From Clostridioides phage Hain-Saunders-2022a: DNA of 35,072 nucleotides. Made by a program: the position numbers and the translations under genes. The stretch is taken from sequence record CP103806.1; one strand, written 5' to 3'. This document shows, piece after piece, positions 25,017-33,050 of this stretch (position 1 is the stretch's first letter; each line of letters opens with the position of its first letter). The notes beneath the pieces were generated by a model that saw only the letters and a list, made by a program, of their open reading frames with translations, did not search any database and was not told the origin of the DNA.

Positions 25017-25346
25017 ATGCCAGTATTCAACAAAGACCTTTTAGAAGAAAAAGAAAAGCCACTTTTGAAAAGTGGTACAGTTGGGCAGGAAAATATTATT
25101 TCTACGGATAGCGATAAAACATTAAGTATATATAATCTAGTTAATAAGAAAAGTAAAAAAGTAACTATGAGTGCAACACTAGACAAAGAGCTTGTAGACA
25201 AGTTGAAGTCTCTTGCAATAGACTTAGATAGTGATGTAAGTAAAATATTAAGTGATATGTTAACAAAGCTTTTATATGATGTAGATGTAAAAGAAGAAAA
25301 TTTAATCGCTTATAATGAAAGAAGAAAGACAAAGAATAATAAGTGA
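25017..25346 (+). CDS. small ribbon-helix-helix centromere-binding protein (ParG/ParB-like partner of ParA)
   Basis: 109-aa ORF that starts at the parA stop codon. The C-terminal RHH-like segment is KKVTMSATLDKELVDKLKSLAIDLDSDVSKILSDMLTKLL. Confidence 0.65.
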   Translation: MPVFNKDLLEEKEKPLLKSGTVGQENIISTDSDKTLSIYNLVNKKSKKVTMSATLDKELVDKLKSLAIDLDSDVSKILSDMLTKLLYDVDVKEENLIAYNERRKTKNNK

Positions 25347-25445
25347 TACATTGTATATATATTGCTTGAATATTGTATTAATAATATTCAAGCAATATTT
25401 TTATATTATTGCATATACTATTTAAATATTGTAATTATATTGTAT
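25347..25445. repeat. second cluster of ATATTGT-family motifs with a 16-bp inverted repeat ATATTGCTTGAATATT ... AATATTCAAGCAATAT downstream of the par operon
   Basis: 25358-25400 and further copies up to 25445. The motif is the same as in the array upstream of parA. Confidence 0.7.
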
Positions 25446-25670
25446 TTATAATATTTTGCCTCTATTGCAAAATGGGCATTGTTCTATATAATACCCTCCT
25501 GCACTTCCTGGTCTACTTTTTATATCAATCCCTGCTAATCGTAATTGGCGTGCATATTCTTTTACTTGTCGCTCTGATATGTTTAATTTATTAGATATTT
25601 CGCTTGTTTTTAATATTTCATTTTTCTTTAAAAGCATTATAATCTTAAAAGCATTATCTATTTTGCCCAT
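25446..25670 (-). CDS. winged-helix HTH transcriptional regulator (HTH_11/DeoR-N-like) with a C-terminal CxxC
   Basis: LKTSEISNKLNISERQVKEYARQLRLAGIDI is an HTH. 74 aa. Confidence 0.6.
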   Translation of the reverse strand: MGKIDNAFKIIMLLKKNEILKTSEISNKLNISERQVKEYARQLRLAGIDIKSRPGSAGGYYIEQCPFCNRGKIL

Positions 25671-25780
25671 ACAAAATCCCCTTTTTTGATGTATTTATAT
25701 TTTAAGTATATCAGTAGTTGATGAACTATAATTGTCACAAGTCAATTTTTATAAAAAGAATTATTGAAATAGACATAAAA

Positions 25781-25822
25781 AAAGAAGGTAGTAACTAATT
25801 AACTAGTTGCTACCTTTTTTAA
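25781..25822. terminator. bidirectional intrinsic terminator downstream of the endolysin (13-bp stem AAGGTAGTAACTA/TAGTTGCTACCTT with one G-U pair)
   Basis: Flanked by an A7 run and a T6 run. Confidence 0.65.
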
Positions 25823-25824
25823 AT

Positions 25825-26631
25825 CTATTTATTTATAAAATCTAATGCTTTGTAAAGTGTATCAAATCTATCATTCCCCTTTATCATTGTATAATGTTCT
25901 TTAGTTATAGAACCTATCTTCTCACATGCTCCACCACCAACAACATAAAGATTTTCAGTTCTCCCTGGTACATAATCTTTTATATCACATATCAGTATTT
26001 TCCCATCATTATAACCCCAACCAACTACAGTTGCAGTGATTTTGTCAACTGCTCCATCATAAACGATTGTATGTTTGTACATGATTTTTCCCTCACCATT
26101 CTCTTTATTATCTATTGTCTTATTTAAAATACCTTCTGCTATTAATTTAGCAGCTATGTCTTTATGTCTAATATAATAATCTGTATCTGCTTTACTATCT
26201 ACGAAGCACACTTCTATTAATATTGCAGGAGCTTTTGTATGACTAAGCCAGTAAAGACCTCTTACATCCGATTTTGCACCTCTATTTTTAAATATTGTTG
26301 ATAGTTTTTTGTTGACTCTTTCAGCATATACCTTACCATTGTTAGTTTTGTATATTGTCTCTGTACCCATTGGATTTAGGGTTGTACTGTTTGCATTAAA
26401 GTGGATTTGTACTGCTAAGTCTACATCTTGTTTATTAGCTATCTTACATTGTTCTGCTAAGTAGTTATTAGATTTATCTACCTTACCGCTATAAACAGTA
26501 GCACCACCTTTTTTAAGCCACTTGACAACTAAATCCATAAGTATTCTATTTTCTTTTCCTTCATTTATATACCCTGTTGCTCCAGTCCCTTTTCCTGTTA
26601 GCGTATGCCCTGCTGTTACTACAACCTTCAT
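25825..26631 (-). CDS. endolysin: N-acetylmuramoyl-L-alanine amidase (amidase_3-like) with a C-terminal cell-wall-binding domain
   Basis: N-terminus MKVVVTAGHT.. with a 'delta H F N' segment (AVQIHFNA), typical of amidase_3. It follows the holin gene. Confidence 0.8.
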   Translation of the reverse strand: MKVVVTAGHTLTGKGTGATGYINEGKENRILMDLVVKWLKKGGATVYSGKVDKSNNYLAEQCKIANKQDVDLAVQIHFNANSTTLNPMGTETIYKTNNGKVYAERVNKKLSTIFKNRGAKSDVRGLYWLSHTKAPAILIEVCFVDSKADTDYYIRHKDIAAKLIAEGILNKTIDNKENGEGKIMYKHTIVYDGAVDKITATVVGWGYNDGKILICDIKDYVPGRTENLYVVGGGACEKIGSITKEHYTMIKGNDRFDTLYKALDFINK

Positions 26632-26633
26632 AC

Positions 26634-26897
26634 TTAAACACCTTCTTTTTGTAGCATATCTTTTATGTCTATTACATCTTCTTTGATTTCTTCTACGTCT
26701 GTTTTCATTGCTCCCATTTCAACAAGTATATTCTTATTTATCTCTTGTTGCTGTGTAGATAACTCTATAAAATTTTCTACTGTCTTTTTATACATATCTC
26801 TATCCTCTTTTTTCTCCTGCATGGTATTTTTAAATAGTAAAGCACACAATATCCCTACTGCCCCTAATCCACTCAGCTGAGTTATTAATTCCTCCAT
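26634..26897 (-). CDS. holin (BhlA/UviB-like, single N-terminal TM helix plus coiled coil)
   Basis: 87 aa. The TM segment is LSGLGAVGILCALLF. It lies directly upstream of the endolysin gene. Confidence 0.7.
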   Translation of the reverse strand: MEELITQLSGLGAVGILCALLFKNTMQEKKEDRDMYKKTVENFIELSTQQQEINKNILVEMGAMKTDVEEIKEDVIDIKDMLQKEGV

Positions 26898-26918
26898 AAT
26901 ATAAAAACCTCCTATTTT

Positions 26919-28208
26919 TTATCCTTCTAACTGTCCGTTATCGGTTCCTAAGAACACGAGCCTTGATGCAACGTTATTGTAAGTAGTTGTCGAAAGTAAG
27001 TTTATTAAAAAGTTAAATGCCCCATAACTACCTTCACTCATTTTTAAATTACTCATAGCTAAACTATAACCATTCATAAAACTTATATTTGCCCAATCTC
27101 CATAATTAGGTTTGTCGTTTGAACTACTTACGCCTTCTTTAATTATAAAGCCTGTTTCAGTTCCTCCTACGACCTTGCTAGGATATCCTCCTACATTTTT
27201 GGTTAATCCTGTTTCATTTTGCGATATTATTTTATAATTTGTACCTTCGTTGTTAAAGTCTGCATTGTTAGAAATAAGAATATCTTTGTTTGAGTTTGTA
27301 CAGATTCCATCCACCAATATAGAACAATTGCCCCAAAAATCTTCAACTCCTAAAAATTTCACTGGCTCTGTATTGTCTTGACTTCCATAATTAAGTCCTT
27401 TTTCATCTGCTCCACCAGGAGTTTGAGAATACCAAAGACCTTGTCCTAACGCAATTGATGAATCTAAATTTTTATAAGCTACTAAATATAAAATTTGCAA
27501 TAGTAGGTGCGAATAGTAGTTGTACATTTGATAACCTGCTCCTGCGCTTTGCGCACTTTGTCTGAATGTAGACGTATGAGCTTTTTCAACACTATACTTT
27601 CCTGTTACGCTTCTAAGTGTGTAATATCTATAGCCCACATAAGCCCCAATGTATATATTACTTTTTTCAGTTTCTCCTACTGTATGCGCTAAACACTTGT
27701 AGTCCTTATCAATTTTTTTTGCTGAAATCCTAATTTCGTAACCATTTTCTATTTTGGTAAATTTCCAGTAAACTCTAGGTATTTCAATCATTACATCTAC
27801 TGTTTCGTCTACATCTGTTTCATCTATATATTTTTTAAAATTTTCTTTTTTTATTTCTTTATATACAGTTCCATTTTTAAATCCCACAGGTCTTATTTTG
27901 TTGAAAGGATATATATTCAACCAGCCTTTCAAATCGCTTCCGACTGCTTTTTCTATCCCAACCGAATCCTCTATATATGTTACTGCCGTTTCCGGGTCTT
28001 GCTGTGTCTCGTCAATTCTTATGCCATAAACAGGAGGTCTAAAAGATGGTAGCGTCGTAATTGTTTCTATTAATTCATTTAATTTGTAAATATTAGCAAC
28101 TTCTAAATCTTTTGTTGCCAAAACTTCTTTTAGATGATTTCTTTCATTTATTAAGCCTTCTTTCGCTGTTATTAGTTCATTTATAAGACTTTGCATGGTA
28201 TTACTCAT
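26919..28208 (-). CDS. tail fiber / receptor-binding protein candidate (N-terminal coiled coil, C-terminal globular domain)
   Basis: 429-aa ORF between the collagen-like fiber and the holin. Confidence 0.55.
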   Translation of the reverse strand: MSNTMQSLINELITAKEGLINERNHLKEVLATKDLEVANIYKLNELIETITTLPSFRPPVYGIRIDETQQDPETAVTYIEDSVGIEKAVGSDLKGWLNIYPFNKIRPVGFKNGTVYKEIKKENFKKYIDETDVDETVDVMIEIPRVYWKFTKIENGYEIRISAKKIDKDYKCLAHTVGETEKSNIYIGAYVGYRYYTLRSVTGKYSVEKAHTSTFRQSAQSAGAGYQMYNYYSHLLLQILYLVAYKNLDSSIALGQGLWYSQTPGGADEKGLNYGSQDNTEPVKFLGVEDFWGNCSILVDGICTNSNKDILISNNADFNNEGTNYKIISQNETGLTKNVGGYPSKVVGGTETGFIIKEGVSSSNDKPNYGDWANISFMNGYSLAMSNLKMSEGSYGAFNFLINLLSTTTYNNVASRLVFLGTDNGQLEG

Positions 28209-29387
28209 TTATAAAACTCCTTTTATTTCACTTATCGTATTTGATAATATTTCTTTACTTCCTTTTAACTCTGTAAATAAATCGTCTAATGCTTCCTTTA
28301 CATTTGTAACACTTGCAACAGCATCATTTGTATAAGGAACTTGACTTGCACTTTCTATTTGTGTTCCATCTGCGCCAGGCTCTCCAGGGTCACCTTTTTC
28401 TCCTTTAGCGCCAGGTTCTCCAGGTTGCCCAGGCTCTCCAGGGTCACCTTTTTCTCCTTTAGTACCAGGTTCTCCAGGTTGCCCAGGCTCTCCAGGGTCA
28501 CCTTTTTCTCCTTTAGCTCCAGGGTCGCCCTTTTCCCCTTTGACATTTCCTATATTGACCCACTCTGTTCCAAATACATACAAAAAACCATTTATGCTAT
28601 AAGCGTCCCCAACTTCTGCATTTGCTGGTAGTTCATCAGTACTATTTAAGACACCTTTTATTTTTATACTTGCCCCAGCGTCACCCTGGTCACCTTTTTC
28701 GCCTCGGTCGCCCTTATCGCCTTTTTCGCCTTTTTCTCCTTTTATATTCCCAGCATCAACCCAAGTTGTTCCATCCCAAACGTACAGGTCGCCTTGTATA
28801 AGGTAAGCGTCGCCTTCTTCTGCATTTGTTGGGAGTTTGTCAATAGTATCAAAAGACCCTTTTAGAGTTAGCCCTGCGCCCATATCGCCCTTATCACCCT
28901 TGTCGCCTTTATCGCCTTTTAATTCTTCTTTTGTTGGTATTCTTTTAATTGCTTCATCTATTTCTTTAATTTTGCCGTCTATTGTATCCTTTATATTAAT
29001 TACTTCTTTTATAATGTCCCAGTCGGGTGTATTTTTCAATTCTTCATTTCTGTTTATCCCTTCAACAACATTAAAAGTAATTGGATATGTTGCAACAACT
29101 TGCTCGTTTTTATATAGAACAATTTCAGCTGTAGTTTGCCCAGCTGTTTTTAATATGTTATTATCTAATTTTGTTATTATTAAAGAATCTTGTGTAGTGC
29201 AATTTCTTTGATATGTTTTATTTTTTGAGTCTTTAAAAAACGCCTGGACTGTATAACCTGTTAAATCTGCATTTACACCATTTTCAACTAATTTAATCTT
29301 AAAATCTATGTCATTGTCATACTGCTTAAATGTTGCAATCTGATATAAGCTTTTATTAATATCTATAATATAAATTGAATCTCTCAA
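28209..29387 (-). CDS. collagen-like (G-X-Y repeat) tail fiber protein
   Basis: Three blocks of GDKGDKGD / GEKGDPGEPGQPGEPG triplets that alternate with repeated globular segments (DAYLIQGDLYVWDGTTWVDAGN / DAYSINGFLYVFGTEWVNIGN). Confidence 0.8.
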   Translation of the reverse strand: MRDSIYIIDINKSLYQIATFKQYDNDIDFKIKLVENGVNADLTGYTVQAFFKDSKNKTYQRNCTTQDSLIITKLDNNILKTAGQTTAEIVLYKNEQVVATYPITFNVVEGINRNEELKNTPDWDIIKEVINIKDTIDGKIKEIDEAIKRIPTKEELKGDKGDKGDKGDMGAGLTLKGSFDTIDKLPTNAEEGDAYLIQGDLYVWDGTTWVDAGNIKGEKGEKGDKGDRGEKGDQGDAGASIKIKGVLNSTDELPANAEVGDAYSINGFLYVFGTEWVNIGNVKGEKGDPGAKGEKGDPGEPGQPGEPGTKGEKGDPGEPGQPGEPGAKGEKGDPGEPGADGTQIESASQVPYTNDAVASVTNVKEALDDLFTELKGSKEILSNTISEIKGVL

Positions 29388-29399
29388 CTTATCACCTCT

Positions 29400-32282
29400 T
29401 TATTTATTTTCCAAACATTGTAGCCTTTTTTCAAGTTCTTCTATTTTTTTGTTAGTTTCATTTTTATAGTTTTCAAAGTCGTTTAAAGTCTTTTGTAACG
29501 ATAGTTGTAGTACTGCCAAGTGGGAAGTTATATCTTGAGAGTAAACTCCTGCTCCAGCTTCCTCAGATACATCTTTAAAAACATATTGATTTATTGGATT
29601 TTCTAAATTTGACTCTATGTCTAACTGTAATCTATGCTCTATATTATTTTCATTCATGGTTTTTAATCTATAAGGCGTAAATACATTTGACTGTACTGCG
29701 CTATTTTTTACAAAGTCAATACAGTTTTCTACTATGTTATTGTTATCTCTAGTATTTGCCATCCTGTATGACGTATTTGAACTTACAGACCTTGTTAATT
29801 GGTTTAAATTATTACATACTAAATAGTCCCACGCCTTGTTATTAGAGCCACAATTATATGTTCCGGCGTATTGTGGGTTTATATGCTGTGTATTTAGTCC
29901 TGTGTTAATATAACTTTTATCGTTTTTCTTTCCAAATTCAAATACTTCAGTTCCATTTATATAACCTCTAATAGCGTCATTTGAAACATATATATAAGCA
30001 TTATCGTTATATTTAAGTCTTATTGCTTTTCCTATTCCTTCTCCATATTGTGCTGTAGCGTCTATTGCGCATTTTGCGCCGTTTCCTTCAAAAAGCAATA
30101 TAAAGGGGTTGCTTGAACTGGATGTTATCCTATCGCACGCTATTGTTCCTGACTGGATATACGAAGCATTTATATATATTCTTCCGTTTTCTAAGTAAAT
30201 TCCTTGTGTTTGACCATTATTGGTTAATTTATCGAATATATCTCTTTGTGTTTGGGCTTCTACTGCACTTTCTGCTTCTCTCTCTGCAATTGGGGTTGAT
30301 ACATCCGTGGCAATTTCTTCGATTGTTTGACCTTGCAAGCTAAAAGAAACAGCCCTTATAGTAACATTTCCATTACTATCTACCGCAAAAGTAATATTTC
30401 CACTATTGTCTCTAACAGTTAGATTTTTAGCATTTATATATGTCCCTTCAATCGTTCCTGACTTAATATATGAAGCATTTATAAAAAGTTCATTACCAAC
30501 TAAATATATACCTTTTGATTGACCATTATTGGTAAGCTTATTAAATATCTCTAGCTGAGTAATTGCATCTATTTCAGTCCCTATAATATCGTCTAGGGTC
30601 TTACCTTTTAATGTGAAATTAGTCGCTTTTATAGATACATTTCCAAAACTATCTACTAGAAAGGTAATATCTCCATTCCCATCTGTGACAGTCAATTCTC
30701 TTGCATCTATATAAGTCCCTTTAAGCCTTCCAGCTACAACCTTATCTACGTCTAAATCCCTTATTAACGCGTGTCCTATTGCCACTTCCTCAAAGTATTC
30801 TGCTCCATCTGCGATTTTTCTTGTAGATGCTCCGACCTGGTCGGAAAACTCTGTAAATCTCCCGTGAGTATTTCCTGCTCTAACTCTATAGTACCAGGTT
30901 TGAACTGGCTTTACTTCATGTAAAAAGGCGCTTGCTTGACCCGAATATATTCTATTATTAAAAGTAATTGTATCGGGTACAAAGTCTTTTAGCTGAGAAG
31001 CGTACAATTCATAAGTATAGTAGTTTTTATTTTCATAACTCCATTCTAGTTGAACCGTTGCAAATAAACCATTTGCTTTTAGCGTTGATGTTTGAGGAAG
31101 TGTGTCCGGGAACTTCCCATTATCGACCTCGAAATCATCCAGGTCGTCGTGTACTTTTCCTAGTGTATTTTCTATACTATTTAGTCTATCCTTGAAGCCT
31201 GCGAAGTGATTTACCAGATTTCCAATTTCTATAGAATTGTATCTTTTCATAATAGGGTCATAATTAGTTTTTACGACCCTGGCAGTTGCATTTATTTGCA
31301 TCCTCAAATCTCTAACAATTACCTCATCATCCATGTTGACTGTTTCTAATATCTCATAATCTTTGTAATTTTCAGTTTGAGATAAATCTATAAAATCAAC
31401 CTTGTAATTGACACTCGGTAAGTCTTTTTTATTATAAAACCATTTTTGAGCCTTGTTCCTTAGCTGATTTACATTTGTTACATCTTCTCCAGTAAAATCA
31501 ACATATGCAATTTTCCTTGTTGGGTATTTTCTTATGTTTTCACTTTCGATATATTTTTCGGGAAGCGTAATTTTAACACTTTCGGTAGTATCGTCTGATT
31601 GTTGGTCGACCTGGGCATAAGGGTATATCATAGTTACTACATCCTGGATGTCATATTCAGCTTCCAATCCAACTAAATTCTTTTTATATGCTATTAATAC
31701 ATTGTTGCTTTCTCCTATCGAGTCATTTATATATATATTAAAGTTATCTCTTTTAATTTTTGCGCCATTTCCAAAAGTATCCAGAACACTCCCTCGTGTA
31801 CCTTGAATAGCTTCATATGTGTTTACGCACTCTATGCTAAAGCTATATTCTCCTGTTAAATTTGAATGTCCAACAAAACCATTTTGTTCTGTACTACCCC
31901 TAAAAAGGGCATTTAAAGCTTGTTCACAGGTACATTTTTCAAACTCTACTTTTTCAATAAAATTTTCTCTTAAGTCGTATGATATATGTTGCGCTTTTAC
32001 TTTAATAGTTCCCATCAACTCTTTAGATATATAATAAATTCTAAATAACTGACCTCTAAGACCTGGCGAAGCATCAGCCTTGACTATCATTCCATAGTTT
32101 AATTTTTCAAATAAAAAAGAGTCTACATAATAAGTAAACTCTAACTCAAATATTCCGTTTATTTCTTCTGTTACTTGTGCATCTGTAGCATCTTTCAATA
32201 TACCTAGTCCATTATGCCCGAAATCTATTTCATTTCCATCATACAATTTTAGATTACCTTTTATGTTATCTAGTTTACTCAT
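29400..32282 (-). CDS. tail-associated lysin / tail tip protein (Tal; prophage tail endopeptidase-like N-domain, FN3-like region, internal ~100-aa duplications, C-terminal coiled coil)
   Basis: 960 aa, directly downstream of Dit. The internal duplicated segment is IFNKLTNNGQSKGIYL..NASYIKSGTI / IFDKLTNNGQTQGIYL..NASYIQSGTI. Confidence 0.75.
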   Translation of the reverse strand: MSKLDNIKGNLKLYDGNEIDFGHNGLGILKDATDAQVTEEINGIFELEFTYYVDSFLFEKLNYGMIVKADASPGLRGQLFRIYYISKELMGTIKVKAQHISYDLRENFIEKVEFEKCTCEQALNALFRGSTEQNGFVGHSNLTGEYSFSIECVNTYEAIQGTRGSVLDTFGNGAKIKRDNFNIYINDSIGESNNVLIAYKKNLVGLEAEYDIQDVVTMIYPYAQVDQQSDDTTESVKITLPEKYIESENIRKYPTRKIAYVDFTGEDVTNVNQLRNKAQKWFYNKKDLPSVNYKVDFIDLSQTENYKDYEILETVNMDDEVIVRDLRMQINATARVVKTNYDPIMKRYNSIEIGNLVNHFAGFKDRLNSIENTLGKVHDDLDDFEVDNGKFPDTLPQTSTLKANGLFATVQLEWSYENKNYYTYELYASQLKDFVPDTITFNNRIYSGQASAFLHEVKPVQTWYYRVRAGNTHGRFTEFSDQVGASTRKIADGAEYFEEVAIGHALIRDLDVDKVVAGRLKGTYIDARELTVTDGNGDITFLVDSFGNVSIKATNFTLKGKTLDDIIGTEIDAITQLEIFNKLTNNGQSKGIYLVGNELFINASYIKSGTIEGTYINAKNLTVRDNSGNITFAVDSNGNVTIRAVSFSLQGQTIEEIATDVSTPIAEREAESAVEAQTQRDIFDKLTNNGQTQGIYLENGRIYINASYIQSGTIACDRITSSSSNPFILLFEGNGAKCAIDATAQYGEGIGKAIRLKYNDNAYIYVSNDAIRGYINGTEVFEFGKKNDKSYINTGLNTQHINPQYAGTYNCGSNNKAWDYLVCNNLNQLTRSVSSNTSYRMANTRDNNNIVENCIDFVKNSAVQSNVFTPYRLKTMNENNIEHRLQLDIESNLENPINQYVFKDVSEEAGAGVYSQDITSHLAVLQLSLQKTLNDFENYKNETNKKIEELEKRLQCLENK

Positions 32283-32311
32283 TTAATCCCCTTTCTAAAT
32301 ACTTAAATTCC

Positions 32312-33037
32312 TTACAGCATTACCCAATTAGGTTTTATTTCAATAACATTTACCTCACCTTCCCAGGTTATTTTATTTTCGCCATGTGTTAGGGTTGGAA
32401 ATTCACTAAACATTTTACTGTTTTCATTCACCAGCTTTTTAGTTACTGCATCAATTTTATAAGCATTCATCACATCACTATCAATTATAATTCTATCTTT
32501 TACACCTTTTAAAATTAAATCCTGTTCGTTTATTTTTAAGCTTATATCTCCATTTCCAAAAATCTCAATAACTGGATATGATATATCGTAACTATTGAAA
32601 ACAGAAAATTTATCTATATCTTTAGTGTCTATTGATATATCACTATAATTAACTATGCGCTTAAATGGCTTACAATCGAACTCTATAACAAATTCGCCAA
32701 AATTTTTATACATTCTTTCTATTTCGAGGGTATTGGAGCAATAAGCCTCATAATAGTAATTCCTATTTTCTATATATAATTTTTCATATACAAAATCTTT
32801 TTGTAGCCAATTTGTTAACTCCATTGCCATATTTTCTATATCAACATCTTTTGAATCTAAATCGCATTCTATAGATAATATGAAGTTTTCATAGTTACCA
32901 GCGTCAATTACAAGGTCGCCATTTCTGCCTGGCACACTCTTTTTTTCTATAGACCTTTTAGGGGTGCTTAAATCATTTATTTTTTTAATCTTTATTCCAA
33001 ATTCTTTGCTATTTCTATTTTTATATATAAAAAACAA
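32312..33037 (-). CDS. distal tail protein (Dit)
   Basis: 241-aa ORF immediately after the TMP gene, the canonical siphovirus order. Confidence 0.7.
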   Translation of the reverse strand: MFFIYKNRNSKEFGIKIKKINDLSTPKRSIEKKSVPGRNGDLVIDAGNYENFILSIECDLDSKDVDIENMAMELTNWLQKDFVYEKLYIENRNYYYEAYCSNTLEIERMYKNFGEFVIEFDCKPFKRIVNYSDISIDTKDIDKFSVFNSYDISYPVIEIFGNGDISLKINEQDLILKGVKDRIIIDSDVMNAYKIDAVTKKLVNENSKMFSEFPTLTHGENKITWEGEVNVIEIKPNWVML

Positions 33038-33050
33038 TTTAAATGCCCCC

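Noticed and set aside
24005-25445. ATATTGT repeat arrays might be simple low-complexity AT-rich sequence
   Set aside because: The same 7-mer recurs at least 12 times, often as exact palindromes. It is confined to the two flanks of the parA-RHH operon. Composition alone would not give that pattern.
28341-28631. Plus-strand ORFs (96 and 124 aa) inside the collagen-like fiber gene
   Set aside because: They are antisense translations of the G-X-Y repeats and give an SRVTFFSFS-type repetitive product. The minus-strand collagen-like protein is the coherent reading.
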